A stretch of 64,000 nucleotides of DNA, from IMG/VR virus record IMGVR_UViG_3300045988_120893, positions 1,821 through 65,820 of that record; one strand, 5' to 3'. The position numbers and the translations under genes are program-made. This DNA comes from a virus. Below are positions 22,876 through 32,678 of this stretch, piece after piece (position 1 is the first letter of the stretch; each line of letters opens with the position of its first letter). The notes beneath the pieces were generated by a model that was not told where the DNA came from, searched no databases, and saw nothing but the letters and a program-made list of their open reading frames with translations.

Positions 22876-24021
22876 CTAATCTGCTTCTGTGAGAGTCACC
22901 ATCTCAATGTCTGTGACAGGATAAACACCGCTATTGAGTTTTATATTTGCCTGGCCTCCGTTCATGTACAGAAGGTTAAAATCATAGACTCCTTCGATAT
23001 CTCCAAGTATGTTAGTGACCTTCTGGTACCTGATTTCTCCGTCGCTGATGCATGACGAAAAGTATTCTTTCAGTTTTGATGTAAAGGCGGAAGTAACGGA
23101 AGTGATTGTTCCGGAAGTCAGAACAACGGTTGCACTTATCGTTACAGAAAGGGTTGTAGGTGGAACAACAGAAAGTTTTGCTCCGCATGGTGCAATCCTT
23201 AGGCTGTCGTCATTCGGGGACATTATGTGGTTGTAAACATCCGTGCATAATTGCTGGCTTGCTGGTTCTCCGTTACCGTCAAGTAACACAATGGTAACGA
23301 TTCCAGATGTATCCTTTGATCGTATGACGCTTGCTTCTCCGGTTCCTGGTACTTCCTCCGCCCATCTCTTATAATCTGATGGGTTTCCAATATTAGAATC
23401 CCCCTGTGTCTTGTCATAGTCACTGATCCTCTCAATCAGGCTTTCGTCAGATTCTTCATCAATGCCGCCAGTGAAAGGATTTGCGTTGGTTATTCCTGTT
23501 ACATCATCATAAGCTGTAGAGTTAATCACAATGGTATTTGCGGCGGTATTGCCTGTCGAACCTGCAACAGAAGCATGTGCAGACACTGTGACAGTTCCGC
23601 TTTCCCCTATCTCACATTCTTCTGATGTCACATAATCCTGTGATGCGATATCGTTCTTCGATTCGGTAGAGCACATATACCCGGCTGGTATTGTTGTACC
23701 TGGTGTCCCTGTGAATGTGATTTCACCTGTGGCATACAGTGCTTCTTTCCTTGTGAGCCCCCTAAGCTGTGCGTGCAAGTCCACATATTCCCCTGTAGAG
23801 AACCTAGGCCAGATCAGGTTGATCGCTTCCGGAAGGTTGTATCCCCTGAGCTGTGAGACGATATATGCGGTTGGCCTTGTGAAATTCCAGAGATGCTGCC
23901 CTTCGCTCTTGTCGTATTCGTCCGGAATCAGGGACATCATTGCTTCGTGGATATCGTCCTCATCATTCACAGACAGGAAATCAGGTATCTCTAATTCGTC
24001 TAATTCGTCTATTGCCGCCAT
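22876..24021 (-). CDS. Baseplate J-like protein (XkdT-like)
   Basis: 381 aa. YDKSEGQHLWNFTRPTA..FTGTPGTTIPAGY pattern and position after the XkdS-like gene. Confidence 0.7.
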   Translation of the reverse strand: MAAIDELDELEIPDFLSVNDEDDIHEAMMSLIPDEYDKSEGQHLWNFTRPTAYIVSQLRGYNLPEAINLIWPRFSTGEYVDLHAQLRGLTRKEALYATGEITFTGTPGTTIPAGYMCSTESKNDIASQDYVTSEECEIGESGTVTVSAHASVAGSTGNTAANTIVINSTAYDDVTGITNANPFTGGIDEESDESLIERISDYDKTQGDSNIGNPSDYKRWAEEVPGTGEASVIRSKDTSGIVTIVLLDGNGEPASQQLCTDVYNHIMSPNDDSLRIAPCGAKLSVVPPTTLSVTISATVVLTSGTITSVTSAFTSKLKEYFSSCISDGEIRYQKVTNILGDIEGVYDFNLLYMNGGQANIKLNSGVYPVTDIEMVTLTEAD

Positions 24022-24034
24022 GATGCACCTCCTT

Positions 24035-24505
24035 CTATGCTGCTATCGTTGCTTCTATGCTTATCAATTCGCTTTCCATACCGACAACATCAATCCTTAC
24101 GATTACTTCTGATGTGCTTATCCACTCAAAGTCAATATTCTGCACATACTGAGTTCGCCCGTATGGGTCACATTCTAATGCTTCTGATATTTCTGCTTCC
24201 AGCATACTTTCAATTTCTTCCTGGTCCTCTAAATTGAATATCTCGTCATAATCAATTCCGATATCGTCTGTATAGGAATCATGCTTGTACCTTTCGGTCG
24301 CAATGACATTTTCACACCACTGCTGCCAGGCTGTTATGCCATCAGCATCTATGATTTGACCGGAGCCGTTGAAAATAAATTCCCCTGATTCATAATCAAA
24401 AAGTGCGGATGTCTTATAACCTATGGTTTCTTCCTCTTCTTCCTCAGAAAAATCTTCATAATCCAGGTCGTCGATATCGTCAGGGAAAAGGTTATCTTCA
24501 TCCAT
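24035..24505 (-). CDS. XkdS-like baseplate protein (DUF2634-type)
   Basis: 156 aa with acidic N-terminus. Call rests on PBSX gene order. Confidence 0.5.
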   Translation of the reverse strand: MDEDNLFPDDIDDLDYEDFSEEEEEETIGYKTSALFDYESGEFIFNGSGQIIDADGITAWQQWCENVIATERYKHDSYTDDIGIDYDEIFNLEDQEEIESMLEAEISEALECDPYGRTQYVQNIDFEWISTSEVIVRIDVVGMESELISIEATIAA

Positions 24506-24521
24506 GTGTCACACCCCCAAT

Positions 24522-24803
24522 CTATGACATGTCAGCACGAACGATCTTATCTACAACAACCGGCTCTCCGTCAAAGGTCCATACAACAAGAACACGGTCT
24601 CCACTTGATACATTGATTGAACTGCATATGGAGTAATCGTCCGGATAGAATACATTATCAGGAAGTGAATAGAGTTTCAGTTTTTTTCCATGAATGATAG
24701 TTCCAATCTCCGCATTGATGTTCGTATTCCTCTCAGAAATGGAGTTCATGCGATCCTGGATAACCACAGCAAGCCTGTGGGCTCCTTTACTGCTGTTGCT
24801 CAT
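24522..24803 (-). CDS. XkdR-like protein (DUF2577-type)
   Basis: 93 aa. Call rests on PBSX gene order. Confidence 0.5.
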   Translation of the reverse strand: MSNSSKGAHRLAVVIQDRMNSISERNTNINAEIGTIIHGKKLKLYSLPDNVFYPDDYSICSSINVSSGDRVLVVWTFDGEPVVVDKIVRADMS

Positions 24804-25825
24804 GCTTTTGCCACCTCCATTGTCATTACATGATTGGTTGCATCATGCTCTATTCCATTTACAATGTAATAGTTATTGAGGAAACCTGTGTTGATTCGTA
24901 CTTTATGCCCTTTCTTAATCCATGGGTTGTCCACGACTTCAACAGTTACTTCACGTTTTGGATGTCCGTTGCTTTTTATCGTGTTCTTTGCTTCTTTTTT
25001 TATGGTTTCTAATTTTTCGTCTTTTGAAATTACTATGATGCTTTGCAGTGTACCGTATTTTTTAGTGTCTCCGTCTACATGAGTGACAGCTAAATAGTTT
25101 CCGGTCTCTTCTTCTGAGTCTCCGTTCTTTTTTGTCTCTTCTTTCACGATTCGAACCCTTGTAATCATATCATCCATAGTTTCGAGATAAGATTCATAGA
25201 GTGCGTTATCCCCTTTCTCTATCTTGTATATGGTTTTATTAGAGCCTTTCGTTTCAATCACCATCACGCCTTTTTCGCACCGGATGACATAACCTACACC
25301 GGTCTTTTTTTTGGCTTTATTAAGTATGGAAATGAAAATATCTGATATGTATTCATCACGGTACACCAGCTTTTCGTGTGTGATGCTTTTATAGTTGTAT
25401 CGTATTTTGATTCCCCATTTTTTCGCCAGGTCAGTTATGACATTCTTTGTTGCGGAACCTTTAGGGCGGTATAAGTTGTCCTTGCTGTTCTGCAGGTATA
25501 TCAGCTTGTCATAGCACAATAGAGTTATATCCCTGGTATCGTTGGATGTTTCGAATTTCCGCTCCCAGACGAATCCACGGAATACCTCTTTATATCCTCC
25601 ACCGGTATTGGCATACACATATACTTTTTGCCTGAGTTTTATGATGCTGCTCAGTTTTTTCTTCCCTACTTTTACATTCGCTATGGTAATAGATACCTTT
25701 TCAGCAATGTTTTCCTTTTCATTCGATACCACAAGGTCTGTGGTAATGTCTTTGAACATGTACTTTGTCCCGTCGGAAGTATACAGGTTCATTTTATACT
25801 CCGGCTTTGCCATAGATGCCGCCAT
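24800..25825 (-). CDS. XkdQ-like baseplate hub/late-control-D-like protein
   Basis: 341 aa. Call rests on position after the LysM protein, as in PBSX. Confidence 0.55.
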   Translation of the reverse strand: MAASMAKPEYKMNLYTSDGTKYMFKDITTDLVVSNEKENIAEKVSITIANVKVGKKKLSSIIKLRQKVYVYANTGGGYKEVFRGFVWERKFETSNDTRDITLLCYDKLIYLQNSKDNLYRPKGSATKNVITDLAKKWGIKIRYNYKSITHEKLVYRDEYISDIFISILNKAKKKTGVGYVIRCEKGVMVIETKGSNKTIYKIEKGDNALYESYLETMDDMITRVRIVKEETKKNGDSEEETGNYLAVTHVDGDTKKYGTLQSIIVISKDEKLETIKKEAKNTIKSNGHPKREVTVEVVDNPWIKKGHKVRINTGFLNNYYIVNGIEHDATNHVMTMEVAKA

Positions 25826-25842
25826 GATACCACCTCAATTCA

Positions 25843-26598
25843 TCATGGAATCTTCAACTTTGTCCCTGGATAGATCCAGTGGCCGTTACTGGATGATTTT
25901 TTTCCGTGTTTTTTTGCTGCTTTTTCAATCGTTGATTTATTCGCATTGTATATCTTTCTCCACTGGGAGCCTTTTTTGTAATACTTTTTGGAGATGTTCC
26001 AAAGGCAGTCCCCTTTTTTTACAACGTATGATTTACTTGAACTTCTTTTTGATGTCCTTTTTGTCCCGCTGGTTTTGTTTTTCTTCTTTTTAACCCGGTC
26101 TACTTCAATGTCAACAGCCTGAACTAATTCAATAGAATAATAGATATTACCATTCGAACCCTCATACGTCTCAGCATAGGAATTGATGTATGCGTACATA
26201 TTGATAGGTGTAGTGGTAATTGAAACTTTTATTTTTTTGCCGTTCCTTCTCCAGTATTCGATCTGTTTTCTTATGCTGCTGGGGCTTTTGTACTTAATGA
26301 CGTATTTCTCGTTTTTCAGGCTTGGTCCTGGAAAGAAACATTCCCATCCGACATAGGATACGTCCTTTCCATTCGGTATTTTAGACGTTCCTTTGTTTAT
26401 GATCTGGTACTCCTGGAAATATCCATCTGCATTATACGTGATCTTCTCAGGATTGACAGGAATTGTTATCGTTGTGCTTTTATTTTTATTATTTTTCCCA
26501 TACAGCTTTATTTTCAATTTCCTCGTCTTATTTGCAGAGCCGAATTTTTTTTCTATTTTCTTACTTGTGCTGGAAATCTTAACTTCCAAATATGCCAC
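25843..26598 (-). CDS. LysM-domain tail protein (XkdP-like)
   Basis: 251 aa. C-terminal LysM YVVKKGDCLWNISKKYYKKGSQWRKIYNANK..IYPGTKLKIP. Confidence 0.75.
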   Translation of the reverse strand: MAYLEVKISSTSKKIEKKFGSANKTRKLKIKLYGKNNKNKSTTITIPVNPEKITYNADGYFQEYQIINKGTSKIPNGKDVSYVGWECFFPGPSLKNEKYVIKYKSPSSIRKQIEYWRRNGKKIKVSITTTPINMYAYINSYAETYEGSNGNIYYSIELVQAVDIEVDRVKKKKNKTSGTKRTSKRSSSKSYVVKKGDCLWNISKKYYKKGSQWRKIYNANKSTIEKAAKKHGKKSSSNGHWIYPGTKLKIP

Positions 26599-26604
26599 CC
26601 CCCA

Positions 26605-29600
26605 TCATGTTGCCAGAGGAATATTTTGGAATGCTTCTGAGAGAGCTTCCGCAATCGCATTGCTGATTCTGTCTGTGTTGCTTTCAACGTCTGCTGCCAC
26701 TCCGTTTCCTCCGCCGATGATCTCGATTGTGATACCTCCTACATTGACCTCAATCTTTCCTCCGGTTCTTCTCTGTGGTTCGTCAGAAATGGATACAGAA
26801 TTGTAACTGTTGTTTGCTGTGTTCATCATCTGACGCAACTTAGAACTTCCTCCGACGATACCTCCATTGGCAAATGCCGGGATTCCCATTGCATCTGCCG
26901 CCTGTTTCAGAAGATATTTACCCCTGTTCCTTCTTTTTGCTCCAAGCGGTATAACCATCTCAGGGCCATCCTCTCCGATCAGTGATAAGGTCGCACCGTT
27001 TACATATCCGCCATTCGCAAATTGACGTTTGCTTCCTCCACTGATATCTATACTTCCAATAGAGTTACTGATTTTATCTTTGATATTCGATACAATATCT
27101 CCAATGCCGCTAACACTACTAAGTCCCATAGAGACATTGACAGAACCGGTTACATTAAGTCCTGTTACGGCATCCTTCGTTTTTGATTTAGATTCCGATT
27201 TAGGATTGCTTGTGTCCGTGCTGTTCTCTTTCATGGTAATGTCGGCAGAACCGTTAATGGAAAGTCCAGTTACTGAGTCTTTTGTCTTTGATTTTGCTTT
27301 GGATTTCGTGTCGCTGGTATCCGTGCTTTTCTCTTTCATGGTAACGTTAGCAGACCCGGTTACTTTCTGGCCTTTTACAGCCTTTTTTGTTTTGCTTTTA
27401 GACTTTTCTTCAACGTCTGTTGTATCTACTTTTTTCGCTTTTACGGTAACGTTTCCTTTTTTGTCAATTTTAAGAACTCCTGCTTTTTCAAGTGATTTGA
27501 CAGCTTTCTTTGTTTGCTTGTCAAGATTTTTTGTGTTGATGCCGCCTTTTTTTGTGATGGTTACTTTTCCTTTTTTATTGATCTTGATAAGACCCTGCTT
27601 TTCAAGGTTCTTTGCCGCTTTCTTAGCCGACTTATCTAACTTCGTGGTATCAACTTTTTTCGGTTTGATTGTTATTTTTCCGTTCTTGTCAATCTTGATG
27701 ACACCGCTCTTTTCAAGCTCCCTTACGGCTTTTTTGGTGTCCTTGTCCAGCCCGGATGTATCAATCTTTCCATTTTTTGTTTTGATTTTGACTTTTCCAT
27801 CTTTTGTGATTGTGATTTTTCCTTTTTCTTTCAATGTCTTAATAACATCTGTTGTCTTCTTGTCCATGTCGGAGAAGTCAATATTCTTTTTTGATGCTTT
27901 CACTTTAAGGTTTGTGTCTACATCTATAGTTGCGTTTTTTAGTCCTTTTTCCCTGGTGCTCTTGACTTCTTCAAGCCCTTCCTCGATACCTTTTTTCAGA
28001 GCAGCAGGAAGCAGCTTCCCTTTTTTATTTAACAGCTTTTCTGCGTGTGAGCTGTCAGTCTTAGCCATTTCCTTACCGATCATCTCATAGTACGAATTTT
28101 TGTCGCCTGACATGATTTTTATATTCTGGATGTCACTTAACGAGTCCTCAATCCACTGTGGAACCTTTTCTCCCGCATCCTGGCAAGATTTTTTCAGTGA
28201 CTTTAAATCCTGTTCCTGTGGTTTCAGGGAATCATAGAATCCCTTCATTTGTTTCTGCACTTCTTTTGTGACACCAGCATCTTCAAGGAACTTCGCATGT
28301 GATTCATCCAATGCTTTCTGCGAATCATCCGTCCATTTGATCGACTGCCTGTTACGGTACATGAACTTCGTGCTGCTGTTCATTCCAACGGCTTCTCTTT
28401 TTAAGTTGCTGTCGTCACTGATATAGTTTTCAAGACCTTCTATTTCAGTTCCGTAATTATCTTTCAGGATGTCTAAGGAAACAGTTACACTTGATTTTAT
28501 GGTTGCAGCCTTCCCGCTTCTCCATTTATCTTCAATTTCTTTCAGCTTTTTCTTGTAATTTGCTTCGCTGATTTCGCCCTCTTCAAACTCAACGTCAATC
28601 TCTCCCCTTGCTTTGACATATGCATCGTCATACGCTTGCAGATTTGTTTCATTTTGGCTGTTCAGTTCATCTATAAGGGAAGAGTATGATTCGGCAGTGA
28701 GGTCCTTGAACTGGTATTTCTGCTTGATTAGGTCGTAAGAAGCGTCTGCTTCAGCTTTTGAAACCTTTTCAATTCTTTCCTGAACCTTGTCCTGGATGGC
28801 TTCTATCTGTCCGACAATTTCATCAATCTTCTTTTGTTCATCAAGGTCGATCTTTCCATCGTCAAATGCATCCGCTATAACCTTGTTGAGTTTTTTCGTC
28901 TTTTTGGCAAGGTCTTTTTCAAGTCCGGAGTACGTTTTTTCCATATTCTTCGTCATTTTCGCCATGCCCTTTGTGTCATCTCCGTATAGAAGCTGGAAAG
29001 CGGATCTTGTGCTTTTCTTGTTGGTTACAAGAAGCTCCTTTGTTGCTGATGCGTAATCTTTCAGTGCTGTTTTGTACTCACTTATGTCTGATTTCGACAG
29101 CTTTCCACCGCCTTTTATCATTGCTGAGGAATAATCAATCGTGTACTTGTTGTCTTGAAGTGTCTGCTGTATCGTGTCAAGTTCATCAAGGCTGTTATTG
29201 AATTTTTCAACATTGTTAATTACATCTTTCCCTATGATTTTCTTAACACTTCGTGATAATTCGTCTGCTGACAACGACCACTTTCCGAAACGTTTGTTCA
29301 TGTCTTTCCTTGCGAGTTCGTCAAGCTCTTCATTTAATTCCGCATATGATTTTTTACATCCAGAAATGGAGTCCGCAACCTTATTTCCTCCAAATATCGC
29401 ACCTAACCCACCGATACCGGCTCCTATCAGTGCTCCAGGAACTGCGCCGGCTCCGCCGAAAAATGCACCTATGGCGGCTCCTGCGGCGGCTCCTGCTGCT
29501 GCACCACCACCTACCATCGCCACTTTCGTTCCAGCTCTGTATTTGTTCCTTTTCTTGTCCCATTCGTTGTCTGCGGTCTTTGATGCAATGTAATCATTGC

Positions 29601-31419
29601 CTGCACTTATCAATCCTGCCGCACCGGCAATACCTCCAGCTGTCGCTCCAAGTCCGATAGCGGATAATGCCCCGGCACCCATGGAAGCACCACCAGCAAG
29701 GTTTCCAACTCCCATTCTGATTGCCTGATTCGCACCGAAACCGAGTAACCCTGTACCTGCAGATGCGGAACCGATAACGCCCCTAAGTCCTATTCCGTTA
29801 AGTATTCCGCCGCCTGTCAGTACACTTCCTGTTGCTCCTCCTGTTCCGTTCCAAAGTCCTCTAAGACCGGAAATAGCAGATAAAATTCCTGATGTAAGTT
29901 TCAATGCCAGCCCTGTTTTGATGATGTTCCCAAGGACTCCTCCCCTTCCGTTGAATAGGGATTTGAAACCTTCAATGAATACATCTTTGATGGTTTTCAT
30001 TATTTTTTTTCCGTCAAAGCCTTCAGCGAATCCTTTTCCAAAGTTGCTTCCAACGTCAGATGCTTCCTTGAACACTTCCATCCCTGTTGTGTCCACTCCA
30101 AGAAGTGATAAGATGCCTTTTCCAAGTGCCAATGTTGCATTTGTCAGGCCTTCTCCAAGAAGTTTTCCGAAACTCTTGAATTTTCCTTCTATGTATGGTT
30201 TTCCGGATGAATCCCACCATCTGCCGAACGGTTTTGATATCAATTCATCCCAGGCAATTTTCATTTTTCCGAATAACGAAGCATTTTTAAATTCTTTCGT
30301 TTCCGTCAGCTTCATCAATTTATCTATGGTACTCTCCAGCTTTCCTGCTGCCCAGTTGGAGAGGGTTTTTCCAATTTCTTTTAATGTGTCACCGAATTTT
30401 GAAAGTCTTTCTTCATTTGCGTCCAAGAATTTAACGATAGATCCGAAACCTTTCTTCGCCCCATCCTGCAATCCTTGTCCCCATTTTCTTAAAACGTTGA
30501 TTTCAAATGTATCCTCAATCTGTGATTTAAGTCCTTCTACCGTTTCATTGGCAGTCTTGTTCATCATACCTTCGTATTCTTTCATACCTTCCATGAGTGC
30601 TTTAATTGCCGCTTCTGAGCCGATAGCACCTTTTTGAAGGTCGTCAGAAAGTTTCTTGATACCTGCATCACCAGAACCATAGCCTAGACCTTCTGCTAGA
30701 TATCTCTTTGCTGATATTCCAGCTTCTGCCAGCTGATTCAATTCTTCTGTCGATAATTTACCTTTTGACTTGATCTGTGCCAATGCCAGTACAATACGGT
30801 TAAGGCCTTCATCACCTTTTCCAGTTGCTGCTGCGGCATCACCGATTGTAGTCATGTCTTTTACAATGTTTTTTGCATCCCAACCCATAGCAATCATCTT
30901 CTGTGCCTGTGAGATGGTATTGGATGTTTTGAACGGAGTTTCTTTTGCGAATTTGTCCAAATCATCCATCATCTTCTGCCCCTTCTTATCCCCAAGAAGA
31001 GTGGAGAAACCAATCTTAGCGGAGGAATACTGGTCGGCCAGATTGATAGGTTCCATGATTCCTTTTTTGAAAGCCAAAGCACCGCCGACTGCTACAGCAA
31101 GTGTTTTAATTGAGAACAGCATGTTTTTGATTGCTCTTAACGGTCTGGTCGCATAGTCTACGATCCTAACACCGGCTCTCCATGTCCTTCCTGCGAAACT
31201 ACGTAATCCTGACGTGACGCTTCTCAGTGTAGAAGATGCATGGTCTACAAGGCTTAACGTTGGATGTGCTGTAGAACCGCTAAGGCTTTGTATCTGCTGT
31301 CTTAATCGTGCTATTTCCTGCAGTGCCCTATCAAGGTCTGCTTGCATGGCACTCATTCCAGGGCCTGTGTTGTTCTGGAACTGAGCGACAATATCAATGA
31401 CGATTGATTCATCTGCCAT
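26605..31419 (-). CDS. Tape measure protein
   Basis: 1604 aa, follows the chaperone pair. Gly/Ala-rich hydrophobic segment (GGAAAGAAAGAAIGAFFGGAGAVPGALIGAGIGGLGAIFGG), coiled regions, internal tandem repeats. Confidence 0.9.
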   Translation of the reverse strand: MADESIVIDIVAQFQNNTGPGMSAMQADLDRALQEIARLRQQIQSLSGSTAHPTLSLVDHASSTLRSVTSGLRSFAGRTWRAGVRIVDYATRPLRAIKNMLFSIKTLAVAVGGALAFKKGIMEPINLADQYSSAKIGFSTLLGDKKGQKMMDDLDKFAKETPFKTSNTISQAQKMIAMGWDAKNIVKDMTTIGDAAAATGKGDEGLNRIVLALAQIKSKGKLSTEELNQLAEAGISAKRYLAEGLGYGSGDAGIKKLSDDLQKGAIGSEAAIKALMEGMKEYEGMMNKTANETVEGLKSQIEDTFEINVLRKWGQGLQDGAKKGFGSIVKFLDANEERLSKFGDTLKEIGKTLSNWAAGKLESTIDKLMKLTETKEFKNASLFGKMKIAWDELISKPFGRWWDSSGKPYIEGKFKSFGKLLGEGLTNATLALGKGILSLLGVDTTGMEVFKEASDVGSNFGKGFAEGFDGKKIMKTIKDVFIEGFKSLFNGRGGVLGNIIKTGLALKLTSGILSAISGLRGLWNGTGGATGSVLTGGGILNGIGLRGVIGSASAGTGLLGFGANQAIRMGVGNLAGGASMGAGALSAIGLGATAGGIAGAAGLISAGNDYIASKTADNEWDKKRNKYRAGTKVAMVGGGAAAGAAAGAAIGAFFGGAGAVPGALIGAGIGGLGAIFGGNKVADSISGCKKSYAELNEELDELARKDMNKRFGKWSLSADELSRSVKKIIGKDVINNVEKFNNSLDELDTIQQTLQDNKYTIDYSSAMIKGGGKLSKSDISEYKTALKDYASATKELLVTNKKSTRSAFQLLYGDDTKGMAKMTKNMEKTYSGLEKDLAKKTKKLNKVIADAFDDGKIDLDEQKKIDEIVGQIEAIQDKVQERIEKVSKAEADASYDLIKQKYQFKDLTAESYSSLIDELNSQNETNLQAYDDAYVKARGEIDVEFEEGEISEANYKKKLKEIEDKWRSGKAATIKSSVTVSLDILKDNYGTEIEGLENYISDDSNLKREAVGMNSSTKFMYRNRQSIKWTDDSQKALDESHAKFLEDAGVTKEVQKQMKGFYDSLKPQEQDLKSLKKSCQDAGEKVPQWIEDSLSDIQNIKIMSGDKNSYYEMIGKEMAKTDSSHAEKLLNKKGKLLPAALKKGIEEGLEEVKSTREKGLKNATIDVDTNLKVKASKKNIDFSDMDKKTTDVIKTLKEKGKITITKDGKVKIKTKNGKIDTSGLDKDTKKAVRELEKSGVIKIDKNGKITIKPKKVDTTKLDKSAKKAAKNLEKQGLIKINKKGKVTITKKGGINTKNLDKQTKKAVKSLEKAGVLKIDKKGNVTVKAKKVDTTDVEEKSKSKTKKAVKGQKVTGSANVTMKEKSTDTSDTKSKAKSKTKDSVTGLSINGSADITMKENSTDTSNPKSESKSKTKDAVTGLNVTGSVNVSMGLSSVSGIGDIVSNIKDKISNSIGSIDISGGSKRQFANGGYVNGATLSLIGEDGPEMVIPLGAKRRNRGKYLLKQAADAMGIPAFANGGIVGGSSKLRQMMNTANNSYNSVSISDEPQRRTGGKIEVNVGGITIEIIGGGNGVAADVESNTDRISNAIAEALSEAFQNIPLAT
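27115..27880. repeat. Tandem coding repeats inside the tape measure gene
   Basis: About 34-aa units (KxGxIKIDKxGKxTIKxKKVDTxxLDKxxKKAxKxLEK) x about 4, then about 29-aa units (KSKTKxxVTGxxxxGSxxxTMKExSTDTS) x 3. Confidence 0.8.
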
Positions 31420-31437
31420 TCCTATTCCCCCTTTCCG

Positions 31438-31641
31438 CTATGATTGTAATAGTGGGCAGTGTATCTTCCCTATTTGTTTTTTTGCATGGAAGGTATCTCC
31501 CTGAATATCACGGATGGCACATGCGAACATGAACGCTTTTGCACCATCCGTCTTTTTCATTACCTCATCCGGCATTACTCCGAACTCACAGAATATGTGT
31601 TCAAGAAGCTGTGCCATGGATGAGGCTTCTATCAGTTTTTT
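31438..31641 (-). CDS. -1 frameshift extension of the tail assembly chaperone (G-T-like product)
   Basis: After a slip at A_AAA_AAC the -1 frame reads LIEASSMAQLLEHIFCEFGVMPDEVMKKTDGAKAFMFACAIRDIQGDTFHAKKQIGKIHCPLLQS, ending at TAG 31438-31440 just before the TMP start. Confidence 0.6.
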   Translation of the reverse strand, partial: KKLIEASSMAQLLEHIFCEFGVMPDEVMKKTDGAKAFMFACAIRDIQGDTFHAKKQIGKIHCPLLQS

Positions 31642-32153
31642 GCATATTCAGTTAAGTCCATGTCGTAACCGCTCAGCTCGTCAATAGCATCATTCAGGAC
31701 GTTCTTTTCTCCTGCCATAAGGACAGCATCAATGATTTCCCAGTTCTCCATGATGTCAATTCCTTTTGCTTTCAGACCACGTTTTAATGATGGGTTATCC
31801 CACATTTTTTCCCTGTCTGCTTCCACTGTAGCCTGATAGATCTTACGGCTCTTGAACTCTCCGTAACGGATATCTCCCTCGATCTTAGGCAGTCTCTTAC
31901 CTTCCGGATTGTTATACATAGGTGTGGACAGCTTGCGGATCCTTTGAAGCTCAGGCTCCCCAAGAGGGCGGATGTGGAATGAGAAAAGCGGCTTTCCTCC
32001 ACGTTTGATTTCTACCAGTTTCTGTGTCTGTTCATCATCCTTGTAATCTGCGGCTGAAAGAAGGCTGTTAATTAAGTCTTCCTCTGTGCGGTCAATAACT
32101 TCCTGTGAAGGAAGTCCTGTTGCTTTCGTTTCTTCATTGTTGTTTGCGGCCAT
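31632..32153 (-). CDS. Tail assembly chaperone (XkdN-like)
   Basis: 173 aa, between tube and TMP genes, with the frameshift site at its 3' end. Confidence 0.7.
   Translation of the reverse strand: MAANNNEETKATGLPSQEVIDRTEEDLINSLLSAADYKDDEQTQKLVEIKRGGKPLFSFHIRPLGEPELQRIRKLSTPMYNNPEGKRLPKIEGDIRYGEFKSRKIYQATVEADREKMWDNPSLKRGLKAKGIDIMENWEIIDAVLMAGEKNVLNDAIDELSGYDMDLTEYAKN
31635..31641 (-). other. Slippery heptamer A_AAA_AAC
   Basis: gtttttt on the plus strand, immediately 5' of the chaperone stop codon TGA (31632-31634). Confidence 0.6.
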
Positions 32154-32185
32154 AATGAATCCTCCTATTATTTTTAAAATTAAAA

Positions 32186-32659
32186 TTAAACGGTTGCTAC
32201 TCCTGTGAGCTGTTTCAGTCTCTTAGGGATTGAGTTCACACGGAAGTTCAATGCACGTTTCAGAACATCTCCAGGTGTAAGGTTCTGGATATCCCAGGAG
32301 CCATCAGGTACACAGTTGGCGTATGTGATATCCTGCTGCTGTGAATCATATTCACGGTCTAATGTTCCACGGAAATCCCAGCTTGGTTTCTTACCTGATG
32401 CGATAGCATCAAGTACAGGTCCGATAGTGATATCATCCGTTACAACAGCTTCCGTGAGTGTAAGACTTACGGAAATATTACCAGGGATTGCATAAGTCAG
32501 CCTGTCTCCTACAGGGTTGAAGTCAATGTTTCCAAAGTTCATCTGTGCCTGGAATGTGTCTACGTTCGCCATAAGTACGGATTTACCGTCTACTGTCACA
32601 TATAACCTTCCATCATGTCCGGTCATTACTTTTCTAGGGTCAAGTGTTCCTGTTGCCAT
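32186..32659 (-). CDS. Tail tube protein (XkdM-like)
   Basis: 157 aa, directly after the sheath gene. N-terminus MATGTLDPRKVMTGHDGRLYVTVDGK. Confidence 0.7.
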   Translation of the reverse strand: MATGTLDPRKVMTGHDGRLYVTVDGKSVLMANVDTFQAQMNFGNIDFNPVGDRLTYAIPGNISVSLTLTEAVVTDDITIGPVLDAIASGKKPSWDFRGTLDREYDSQQQDITYANCVPDGSWDIQNLTPGDVLKRALNFRVNSIPKRLKQLTGVATV

Positions 32660-32678
32660 TATTTATTCACTCCTTCCG

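Noticed and set aside
27029-28090. 353-aa plus-strand ORF, plus similar ORFs at 25542-26093, 29174-29660, 29918-30637 and 30770-31156
   Set aside because: They are antisense shadows of the tape measure and baseplate genes. Their F/S/L/P-rich repetitive translations mirror the K/E/G-rich repeats of the real minus-strand proteins.
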